Below, one piece after another: positions 6,877 to 14,373 of a stretch of 26,672 bases of DNA. The DNA comes from a virus (taxonomy: Duplodnaviria; Caudoviricetes), in IMG/VR virus record IMGVR_UViG_3300030376_003861, positions 1 to 26,672 of that record; one strand, 5' to 3'. Within the stretch, counting starts at the first letter, position 1. Each line of letters opens with the position of its first letter. Both the position numbers and the translations under genes were made by a program. The notes beneath the pieces were generated by a model. That model ran no database searches. It had not been told where the DNA came from and saw only the letters and a program-made list of their open reading frames with translations.

Positions 6877-6900
6877 GAGGGCCGCAAGGCTCTTTTTTTT
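6877..6900 (+). terminator. Intrinsic terminator
   Basis: GGGCC-GCAA-GGCTC followed by T8. Confidence 0.85.
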
Positions 6901-6912
6901 GCCTAGAAATAA

Positions 6913-6965
6913 TAAACCCACTACGCGGAATCAATAGCGGGTATTAGGTGACGGGGATCGCCTTT
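6913..6965 (-). ncRNA. Candidate small RNA 3 (two hairpins)
   Basis: Minus-strand TAAAGT -10 (6974-6969); hairpin AGGCGA-UCCCCG-UCACCU, then terminator-like ACCCGCUA...UAGUGGGU-UUAUU. Confidence 0.35.
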
Positions 6966-7111
6966 AATACTTTAGACATACTATTTTTTCTTAGCAGCTC
7001 TAATTGTTTTTGCTGCTGTTTGATATTTCTACAATGTGAACAATCACAAATCAATATTTCTTGCCTATCCATCTAATTAATATCTAGACATAGTAAAAGG
7101 ATAAGCAGCCC

Positions 7112-7303
7112 ATGAAAAAGATCCTTGATTCAATAGGAAAGCTTTTTATATACGAAAGCCCTGAACCTCTAGACGGTATGAAAAGATTCTTGCGGGATAA
7201 AACAAGCCGACAATTAAGGGTGCTTGCAGAGACTCCTAGCCACTATTCAAAGACCATCATGATCAATATGATTATTGACGAAATAAAAGGATCTAATCGT
7301 TAG
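7112..7303 (+). CDS. Hypothetical protein (63 aa)
   Basis: AAGGA RBS upstream of ATG; ORF track. Confidence 0.65.
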   Translation: MKKILDSIGKLFIYESPEPLDGMKRFLRDKTSRQLRVLAETPSHYSKTIMINMIIDEIKGSNR

Positions 7304-7505
7304 CAATACGCCAATACCTATTTTTCCATTTCTCGTATATTTCTAATTCTTCTTTTAACCGCTTATAAGTCATCACCTCGGTATGAAGGCCCGTGAACGT
7401 GTTTGCGTGCTTATGTGTTTTATCGTCTCTATTGTCCAAACGGTAAAGCTCATTAATGTAATCGTTCCTAGCGGCGTTCTCTGCTACTGAAATTTGTTTA
7501 ATCAT
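7293..7505 (-). CDS. Hypothetical protein (70 aa)
   Basis: ATGA-coupled to the upstream minus-strand gene. Confidence 0.65.
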   Translation of the reverse strand: MIKQISVAENAARNDYINELYRLDNRDDKTHKHANTFTGLHTEVMTYKRLKEELEIYEKWKNRYWRIAND

Positions 7506-7657
7506 TTTGGATTATCGTTTACTTTAGTTTTCATTTTCTGCAAAGTCTCAAAGACTAATTGAATAACTGAGTTGCTTTTTAGTTTTGACGCGCCAACAAT
7601 TTCCGAGGCAAGCGCCACGGCACACCAAAAGATTGGGCTGGAAAATAGTTCTGTCAT
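7502..7657 (-). CDS. Small membrane protein (51 aa), holin-like candidate
   Basis: Manual ORF MTELFSSPIFWCAVALASEIVGASKLKSNSVIQLVFETLQKMKTKVNDNPK with ATGA overlaps at both ends. Confidence 0.65.
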   Translation of the reverse strand: MTELFSSPIFWCAVALASEIVGASKLKSNSVIQLVFETLQKMKTKVNDNPK

Positions 7658-7818
7658 CTAGTGTTTTTCATAGGGCAGCGTTCTTCTAATCTTGCGGTTG
7701 TTTGCTCAAGGCGATTTAAGCGCGTGAAGATTTCAACCTTTAACTCTGAATTTTTGCGGGCCTGCATAGCTAGGTAAACGAAAGCACCTGAAACAATGGC
7801 CGCGCCAATCTCGGTCAA
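7654..7818 (-). CDS. Small TM plus coiled-coil protein (54 aa), holin-like candidate
   Basis: Manual ORF from TTG: MTEIGAAIVSGAFVYLAMQARKNSELKVEIFTRLNRLEQTTARLEERCPMKNTR; ATGA overlap with the next gene. Confidence 0.6.
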   Translation of the reverse strand: MTEIGAAIVSGAFVYLAMQARKNSELKVEIFTRLNRLEQTTARLEERCPMKNTR

Positions 7819-7871
7819 AAGACATTTTTAGAAGCTAAGGTGATATTAATCATTCTTTACTATGGCGGCAT

Positions 7872-8336
7872 ATGGAAGAGAAAAAGCAAGAAAAGAAGAA
7901 AAACTTTATTCAAAAATTGCAGGAAAAAATACCTGATCGCGACGAACAGTTTGAATACGTCGGAATTGGGGTGCGTTTGCTCGTCGTTTTTTGGTCAGGC
8001 GCATTGGTTACATTGAATTATTTACCTAAGATCCCCGGCCTAACAAGTGGAGAAAAGCAAGATATAACTTTTCCGGCAAGTCTCTTAGCATCTTCCCTAG
8101 CTAGTTTCGGATTAGATAAGAACGCTAAGAAAAAAGGTGATGGAACATTTGAAGTACCGCCAGAGGATAAGCCAATGACGAAAAAAGAAATGCAAGCGAT
8201 GATGAGTGAATCAGGCGGGAACTATCAAACAATTCGGGTGGTAACTCCAATCGAAATTAAAGGCGCCGAAGTAGTAAAAACTGATCCGATTTCAGGTAAA
8301 GAAATAGACCCACAAACAGGCCGCTTAATCCAATGA
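7872..8336 (+). CDS. Membrane protein (1-2 TM), unknown function
   Basis: Hydrophobic segments VGIGVRLLVVFWSGALVTLNYL and ITFPASLLASSLASFGL. Confidence 0.8.
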   Translation: MEEKKQEKKKNFIQKLQEKIPDRDEQFEYVGIGVRLLVVFWSGALVTLNYLPKIPGLTSGEKQDITFPASLLASSLASFGLDKNAKKKGDGTFEVPPEDKPMTKKEMQAMMSESGGNYQTIRVVTPIEIKGAEVVKTDPISGKEIDPQTGRLIQ

Positions 8337-8821
8337 AAAAACTATTACCACTTTTGCTTTTAGCTTTTGCACCTTTACAAGCTAGAGCCGACCTTCGTCA
8401 TCAAGTAACGGCTTCAACTCAGCTAACAGTCAACGCCGCAGCAACTCAGGCTCAAAGAATAGGTTCAAGTTTCTCCGCAGCGGGATCGAATATAGACGTG
8501 ACGGATGGAACAACCAGCAATGTTATTTCAGCCGGTGGAATCACTTCAGGTATTTATTCGCCGGGTACAATTTCAGCCACAGTGGACGACCCCGGACAGG
8601 CGTTTTCCTTTAGCTCTAGTTACACCCAAGGGGACGCTGTTCCAACTAGCGCCCCAAGCGTCGGGGCAGTAGGAAATTTTTCCAACGTAACTTCTACGGC
8701 TGCCGGAACTGCGGGCAGTTTGGCCGGGACAATTTTGAGCGATCAAAGTATTACGCTAACAGCCGGATCAAGTGGGACTTCGGCTATAGGTCAAGTAATT
8801 ACAGAATTAAGCGTTGACTGA
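8333..8821 (+). CDS. Exported S/T/G/A-rich protein
   Basis: Sec signal MKKLLPLLLLAFAPLQARA; ATGA coupling. Confidence 0.85.
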   Translation: MKKLLPLLLLAFAPLQARADLRHQVTASTQLTVNAAATQAQRIGSSFSAAGSNIDVTDGTTSNVISAGGITSGIYSPGTISATVDDPGQAFSFSSSYTQGDAVPTSAPSVGAVGNFSNVTSTAAGTAGSLAGTILSDQSITLTAGSSGTSAIGQVITELSVD

Positions 8822-8916
8822 TGCACGTTCCTTTATTAGTTGCTTTTATTGCTGTTATCATTGTCGCCACATTTAATTTTTTAATGTGGAAACATTACAT
8901 GGACATTCATAAATAA
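8821..8916 (+). CDS. 31-aa single-TM peptide
   Basis: MHVPLLVAFIAVIIVATFNFLMWKHYMDIHK; TGATG and TAATG couplings fill the gap exactly. Confidence 0.7.
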   Translation: MHVPLLVAFIAVIIVATFNFLMWKHYMDIHK

Positions 8917-9344
8917 TGAAACGGATTTTCTTGTTGTTGTTTGTATTTAATGGCCCTTGTTTTGCCGGGGCTGTTATCCCAAACTTTCAACAAGGAGTCC
9001 TTCAAAATCACACCGAGACTTCCAGCGTTGTCGTGGAAAATATAAAAAGTTTTGACTTCCGTAATGGTTATCAACTGACCACGGGCGGGATGAACATAAC
9101 ACCTTCAACAAACAATGTTGCACCGACTGGACACACAACAAACACCCAAACAGTTCAGGGCGTTAGTACAACAGTTACAACCCCAAGCTATACAACAAGG
9201 CCGACTTATAACATCGTTGACGAGGGTGCGAGCTGGAATTATTTCGAAACGCTAGAGACTGGCGGGCTTTCTAATTTTACAGAAATAAATAGGACTACTA
9301 CAATCGAAAGTATCAGCGACTCAACGTCAACATTTAGCCAGTGA
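8916..9344 (+). CDS. Exported Thr/Ser-rich protein
   Basis: Signal MKRIFLLLFVFNGPCFA; ends in STSTFSQ. Confidence 0.85.
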   Translation: MKRIFLLLFVFNGPCFAGAVIPNFQQGVLQNHTETSSVVVENIKSFDFRNGYQLTTGGMNITPSTNNVAPTGHTTNTQTVQGVSTTVTTPSYTTRPTYNIVDEGASWNYFETLETGGLSNFTEINRTTTIESISDSTSTFSQ

Positions 9345-10099
9345 TTAGAGATTTTAAATATACTTTAGCGATTGCTTTTGTATTGTTAAATATTCCTGGA
9401 AAGGCTTACAGTAACACGGTTAATACGACATCAAATTCTTCTGGAAGTGTAACCAATCAAAGTATTCAGGTGGTTCCCTCTAGACAGTTTTCAAGTTCTG
9501 TTGGCCCTTCTATTCAGTGTCAAGGAAGCACCCTAAATATTAACCCATTTTTGCAAACCACCAATTCTTATGGTGAACCTTTTGAACCAACCTATAACGA
9601 ACCCGTCTACGATTTGCAAACAAATGATGACGGCGCGTTAATCAATCCCGGCTCTATTCTTTACTACAAGCCCGTTAGAACAGGTCAAAAACAAAACAAC
9701 ATGTCAATATCATCAGGAATAGCTATGACCTTTGCAATCCCATTAGATCGGGAACAAATAAGGCTTTGCAAATCTGCCATGAAAAAACAAGTTCAGTTAT
9801 ATGAACATTCACTCGAATCAAAAAAATTAAATTATCACGCGTCAAGAATTAATACCTGCGCCAAGTGGAAAAAAGAAGGCGTTTTATTAACTGAAAATTC
9901 ACCTTTGTTTGGTCTTTGTAAAGACGTTAATCTTGTTAATCCTCCGAACACTTTGCCCGATCACGCGCACGAAATAGAAAGCGTTACCATCCCTTTTTCA
10001 GCTTTCGATGAGCGCGGTTCAAATCTTTTTGAATCATCCGCCTCTGAAGGAGGCTTAACCTTTCAGGAGACTTTTTCAATACCTTCGCCTTCAAAGTAG
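9341..10099 (+). CDS. Exported protein with four cysteines, unknown function
   Basis: Signal-like N-terminus (YTLAIAFVLLNIPGKAYS); GTGA coupling; beta-strand-like SGIAMTFAIPLD followed by a helical region. Confidence 0.8.
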   Translation: MIRDFKYTLAIAFVLLNIPGKAYSNTVNTTSNSSGSVTNQSIQVVPSRQFSSSVGPSIQCQGSTLNINPFLQTTNSYGEPFEPTYNEPVYDLQTNDDGALINPGSILYYKPVRTGQKQNNMSISSGIAMTFAIPLDREQIRLCKSAMKKQVQLYEHSLESKKLNYHASRINTCAKWKKEGVLLTENSPLFGLCKDVNLVNPPNTLPDHAHEIESVTIPFSAFDERGSNLFESSASEGGLTFQETFSIPSPSK

Positions 10100-10718
10100 T
10101 AATCAATTTTTTAACGGTAGGCTTTACAACTTTTAAAATCAGATCAGCAATTGGCTTTGCTAAAACGGAACTAATGACAGCCGTCGAGGCGATTACGCTA
10201 GTTGTTGAAACTGTCGAGACTTGAGGAAGAAATTTTTCAATAGCTGGAATTTCAGAATATAAAACAACACAATTCCCTTCTCTTAATTCAAACCCTGAAA
10301 CTTTTTCTTTTCCGCTTGCCGCAATATCTCCGATTCGCAGATTGTTCTTTGTTGGGTCAGGGCAAGGCGTTTCTTCTGCTGGAGGAATATCAACAGGCGG
10401 AACTTCTGCCTTTGGTGTAGTTGCTGTATTGGTTGGCGGTGGCTGAATATTTGGCTGTTGTGTTTCTATTATTTGAATTTCTTTTGGGTTGTATTGAATC
10501 GGTTCAAACCAAGGAATGCCCGGACACAAAATACTATTTCCGGAAGGGTCGTCTGTGAAAATCTTTTTGCTTGTCGTATAATCCCGCCGGACTTCTGAAC
10601 AAGGGGAATAAATATAAGGAAGCGGGACGTGTGGCGAGCCTATTATTCTAGGCGGCGTGACATCTGGAACCGTCCAAATATTTATAGAGGGAACTTCAAT
10701 TTCTTTTATTTCATCCAA
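9984..10718 (-). CDS. Pro-rich membrane-anchored protein with paired cysteines
   Basis: Pro-rich N-half, four Cys, hydrophobic segment VIASTAVISSVLA and a basic amphipathic C-terminus. Confidence 0.75.
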   Translation of the reverse strand: MDEIKEIEVPSINIWTVPDVTPPRIIGSPHVPLPYIYSPCSEVRRDYTTSKKIFTDDPSGNSILCPGIPWFEPIQYNPKEIQIIETQQPNIQPPPTNTATTPKAEVPPVDIPPAEETPCPDPTKNNLRIGDIAASGKEKVSGFELREGNCVVLYSEIPAIEKFLPQVSTVSTTSVIASTAVISSVLAKPIADLILKVVKPTVKKLITTLKAKVLKKSPERLSLLQRRMIQKDLNRAHRKLKKGW

Positions 10719-10955
10719 TTAAAACTTAGGCATTGAAAGCCCTGCACTTGGCGCAGCTTTAGGAACTGCCCCACCTGTCACGCTAGGAACAGAAGGAATA
10801 TTCATCCCTTTCATTACATCATCAATTACCTTTTGTTTTACTTCCTCGATGTTCTTAGGGTTTTTTAACCACATAACCGAAAAAACAGTTGCACCCAAAA
10901 GGCTGCCAGAAATAACAAAAGAAACAGCGCCAAGAATCCCAAGAATGTTTTTCAT
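10719..10955 (-). CDS. Small N-terminal TM protein
   Basis: ILGILGAVSFVISGSLLGATVFSVMWL followed by a Pro-rich tail; abuts the next gene. Confidence 0.75.
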   Translation of the reverse strand: MKNILGILGAVSFVISGSLLGATVFSVMWLKNPKNIEEVKQKVIDDVMKGMNIPSVPSVTGGAVPKAAPSAGLSMPKF

Positions 10956-11016
10956 AATTTTGTCTTTAATGCTGCTATGTCGCCATAATAAGCAAAAGAA
11001 AGATTTTAAGCTTTAC

Positions 11017-11211
11017 ATGAATGAAATAATCAAAGACGCATTATTAAAAGCTTTACCCATAACCTTTGCAACTATCGGCGTTTGTTTTATTACTTTGATG
11101 CCTTTATATCTAATGCTTAAGTTGCAATCAAACCAGATTCGCGTAAACGAGCCAAGGCGGCTTCAAGCTTTGCCTCTAGTTCAACACAGAACTCAAGCAA
11201 CTCTGCATTAG
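11017..11211 (+). CDS. Small TM protein (64 aa)
   Basis: MNEIIKDALLKALPITFATIGVCFITLMPLYLML...; ATG 11017 lies in the intergenic gap and the 3' end overlaps the tail fibre gene antisense. Confidence 0.45.
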   Translation: MNEIIKDALLKALPITFATIGVCFITLMPLYLMLKLQSNQIRVNEPRRLQALPLVQHRTQATLH

Positions 11212-12361
11212 TAGGACTAGCAGCGTTTGAAATAGTGACAGAACCGTTAGCCGTAGGCAAAGTTCCACTAGAAGCTGAAACAGTTAAATCAGCAACGGCG
11301 GCGGGTTGATCGACTGGGGTTGTATTCCAGAACCCAATCTTTTGCCCTGTTGCAGTTCCAATCTTTGTTCCTGTACTTGTATTAGTTGCAATGTTTACAG
11401 CATCACCAACAGTTAATAAATCTGCATCAATAGAAAACTGTGTTGTTAATGTTCCCGCGTCCATTACTTTTAAATTTATTTGCCCGTCTTCTGTCCCGTC
11501 ACTTGCATCTATTATTTTTGATTCGATAGCGGCATAATCTACTTGCTCAGGTGTTCCATTATCATTTTTTCCGCGATAAAAAATAGTTGAGAGAATGTCA
11601 TTATCTTGACCAGCTCCAGACGCACCCCTTCTAGAAAATAAAGTTATATCAGCCGTCGAACCTGCATCATTAGCACTACATTCAACCCATAAAGCCGTAC
11701 CAGCTCCCGAGACTGTTATATGAACAGGGTAAAGAGGTGTTGTCTCTCCAAAGCCAACTTTATCTGCTGACAATCTTATTCTTGATGCAAGTGTTCCACT
11801 AGCTGACGACATCAAATCAAGAATGCCATCCTCTCCTCCATTAGTTACGGTTTTAATTGATGCGGCAATTGATGCGTAATCGTGAGCGTTGCCGCCTGAA
11901 TCTTCACCTCTATAAACAAGGTTGCCTAAATTATCAGCATTAGCAGGGCTGGCAGAATTTCGATAAAGAACAAGGTCAGGGGCTGTATCTGCACCTGTAT
12001 CACTGTTCTCTAAAATAATTTGGTCGGTTGTATCTGTGCTAAATAAATGAAGTTGAGCAGCCGGAGTACCTGCGCCTAATTGCAACCCACTTGATTGAAA
12101 TGAACCTACAAGAGTTTGGTTAATCGAAACCGATAGAGTATTAGCAGCCGATCTATAAAGGCCCGTTGCGCCACTATCAGCCAACCAACCTAAAGAGGGT
12201 GTTGTATTAGTTCCTGACGGTAGGTTTCTTAATAGCGTCGTATATTGTATTTTCTTATTTTTATCTGAGTTTGATGATTCGCTTGAATCAAGAATCTGAA
12301 TTACATCATCAGCAACAGGCGCCGTTAATTCTGTTAACGCACTAATTTTTCGATCTGCCAT
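11117..12361 (-). CDS. Tail fibre / virion structural protein
   Basis: N-terminal MADRKISALTELTAP..D motif and two related beta-rich repeats (GTPAAQLHL.../GETTPLYPVHI...); lies distal to the tail tip genes. Confidence 0.75.
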   Translation of the reverse strand: MADRKISALTELTAPVADDVIQILDSSESSNSDKNKKIQYTTLLRNLPSGTNTTPSLGWLADSGATGLYRSAANTLSVSINQTLVGSFQSSGLQLGAGTPAAQLHLFSTDTTDQIILENSDTGADTAPDLVLYRNSASPANADNLGNLVYRGEDSGGNAHDYASIAASIKTVTNGGEDGILDLMSSASGTLASRIRLSADKVGFGETTPLYPVHITVSGAGTALWVECSANDAGSTADITLFSRRGASGAGQDNDILSTIFYRGKNDNGTPEQVDYAAIESKIIDASDGTEDGQINLKVMDAGTLTTQFSIDADLLTVGDAVNIATNTSTGTKIGTATGQKIGFWNTTPVDQPAAVADLTVSASSGTLPTANGSVTISNAASPTNAELLEFCVELEAKLEAALARLRESGLIAT

Positions 12362-12375
12362 TTTTTACTTTTATT

Positions 12376-12573
12376 CTAATCGGTTTTTTCTTTGCCCTCG
12401 CCAATGATCTTTTCTAATACTCTTACGATTCCTTGATCTTCTAAAATTGGCTGCGTTAATTTCTGCCCATCTTCTTGAAGCTTTTTAATATCATCTTGTA
12501 TTTTTTGTAAACTTTCTAAATTTGCATCAAGTCGAGTTTTTGCCGCTTGTAATTCGCTTTCTTGAGTTGTCAT
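12376..12573 (-). CDS. Small coiled-coil protein, possibly fibre-associated
   Basis: 65 aa with heptad pattern; GAGG upstream. Confidence 0.7.
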   Translation of the reverse strand: MTTQESELQAAKTRLDANLESLQKIQDDIKKLQEDGQKLTQPILEDQGIVRVLEKIIGEGKEKTD

Positions 12574-12625
12574 AGAGGTTTAATATGTCCTCGTAATATA
12601 TGAAGGATTTTTAACGCGGTCAAGA

Positions 12626-12937
12626 TCAGGCACCACTTGTCTTATCAGCAATCAATTTAGCTTTCCAAGCATTCTTTATATCTGTAGTCCAAATTACAGC
12701 ACATAAATCTTTAATTTCTTGGGGAATTGCTGTAATTCCATCAGGTTCTTTATCTAATGGATTCTCAACAAGATTGTCAGAAGCGTCTAACTTTCCGGGG
12801 TCTAAAACATACCGTTCGAATGATCTAGTTAATTCTTTCCCCCCCTCTTTTATGACGCTAGCTTTTCTAATTTGGAGGTGTGCATAATCGCCAACAATTT
12901 CTTTTTTATCGTAAAGAATAGTCTTAGTGATAGCCAT
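12626..12937 (-). CDS. Tail-fibre-associated hypothetical protein (possible chaperone)
   Basis: 103 aa directly downstream of the fibre gene. Confidence 0.7.
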   Translation of the reverse strand: MAITKTILYDKKEIVGDYAHLQIRKASVIKEGGKELTRSFERYVLDPGKLDASDNLVENPLDKEPDGITAIPQEIKDLCAVIWTTDIKNAWKAKLIADKTSGA

Positions 12938-13006
12938 GATTTTTAGGAGCGTTTGATTAAACGAAACAGGTTTAAATTAGGCTTAGTTTATAGACGTGCT
13001 AACGGT

Positions 13007-14314
13007 CTAAACGGGATAAAAAGCCTCGAAAGCTAGACTTGTAGTATTTTCCCAAGAGGAGTCAGTGATATTAACTAAATCTCCACTATCGTTTCTATAA
13101 AATAGTTCTACATTTGTAGTGCCTACAGGGATATATGCTAAGACACTATACTTATCAAGGTTTGACATCCAATTACTTTGATAAGTGAAAAATGCTCCTC
13201 CTTCAATACTACTTGAACCCGATGTGTGATTACCTGCTGTAAAAGGTAAGTTTCTAATTGTTGCAGCTCCTGTTGAATCTCCTTTATCAGTAATATGTAT
13301 TCGCCCATGTACATAAACAAACCTTCCTATTTTAGTGTAGGAACCTCCTTGGGAACTACCATAAGTAACGTTGTTAGCATTACCTGCAAAACCTATGGCT
13401 GGAGTCCATGTGCCCTCTTCATAATCTGAAAGAGCATTCGCCGCTGCTGTATCGCCGTTAAACTTAAGACCATCTGAATCAATTCTTAGACGCTCAGCAT
13501 TTGCTGTATGAAAAGACATAATATCTGTATTATTCAGATATTGGATTCTTCCCATTGAATTATCACCAGCATCTGCCCATCTAATTGTTGCATCTGCTGT
13601 TGTTGCAAAAGTAATACCTCTAGATGTGCTATCACCTATTGAACCGATAATTATATCGTCACCACTTGAACTAGTGCCACTATTAGTAGTAGTACCAATC
13701 AGTAATCTTCCACCCGAATCCACACGCAGTCTCTCTGATCCTCCAGTTTCTATTGCAACCGTATCAGCAGCAGGAAATCTTACCGTAGTATCTACATCTC
13801 CAGTATGCATTATCTGATCTGAAACTGAGAGATAACCATTAGCAGTTATAGTTCCACTAGAAGTTACTGCACCAGTTATATCTAAAGTCGAACCATCAAA
13901 GGTAAGATTTGCCTCACCTTGAATAGCGTTTGCACCTGTAACTGTAGTAATGGTGTTATTAGTTGAGCCTGTTAATGCTGTTTGAGAAATAGATTGCCAA
14001 GAACAACTATTATCGCCGTCTTCTCTTAAGAATTTAGTTCCACCGGATTCACCCGTTGACTTAACAACAGTACCTTCAACAGGAATATCACTTAAAGTTC
14101 CATCAAGCTTGAACAATTGAATCCAAGCATTGTTAGCAGCATTCCTTATCTTTAAATATCCTCCACTCGTATCAGCCCAATATTGATAAGCGTATTTAGT
14201 TGACGGCTCAGAAGACGCTGAATTATTGCTAACAATTGCAGCTAAGACATTATTTAAATCTGTACGAAAACTACTGCCTGATTGGTTCGCTAACGCATAA
14301 TCGTGAGTCGCCAT
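13007..14314 (-). CDS. Tail fibre / receptor-binding protein
   Basis: N-terminal anchor MATHDYALANQSGSSFRTDLNNVL, ERLRVDS/ERLRIDS fibre repeats and a C-terminal DYEEGTWTP...YTKIGRFV head domain; follows J. Confidence 0.85.
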   Translation of the reverse strand: MATHDYALANQSGSSFRTDLNNVLAAIVSNNSASSEPSTKYAYQYWADTSGGYLKIRNAANNAWIQLFKLDGTLSDIPVEGTVVKSTGESGGTKFLREDGDNSCSWQSISQTALTGSTNNTITTVTGANAIQGEANLTFDGSTLDITGAVTSSGTITANGYLSVSDQIMHTGDVDTTVRFPAADTVAIETGGSERLRVDSGGRLLIGTTTNSGTSSSGDDIIIGSIGDSTSRGITFATTADATIRWADAGDNSMGRIQYLNNTDIMSFHTANAERLRIDSDGLKFNGDTAAANALSDYEEGTWTPAIGFAGNANNVTYGSSQGGSYTKIGRFVYVHGRIHITDKGDSTGAATIRNLPFTAGNHTSGSSSIEGGAFFTYQSNWMSNLDKYSVLAYIPVGTTNVELFYRNDSGDLVNITDSSWENTTSLAFEAFYPV

Positions 14315-14373
14315 GTTTGCTATGTCGCCTTAATATGCTTTTAGTTTAGACGGTCATATCAAGATTAGTATTT

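Noticed and set aside
11117-14314. Possible diversity-generating retroelement or invertible fibre cassette
   Set aside because: No reverse transcriptase, invertase or template/variable repeat pair was seen in the window
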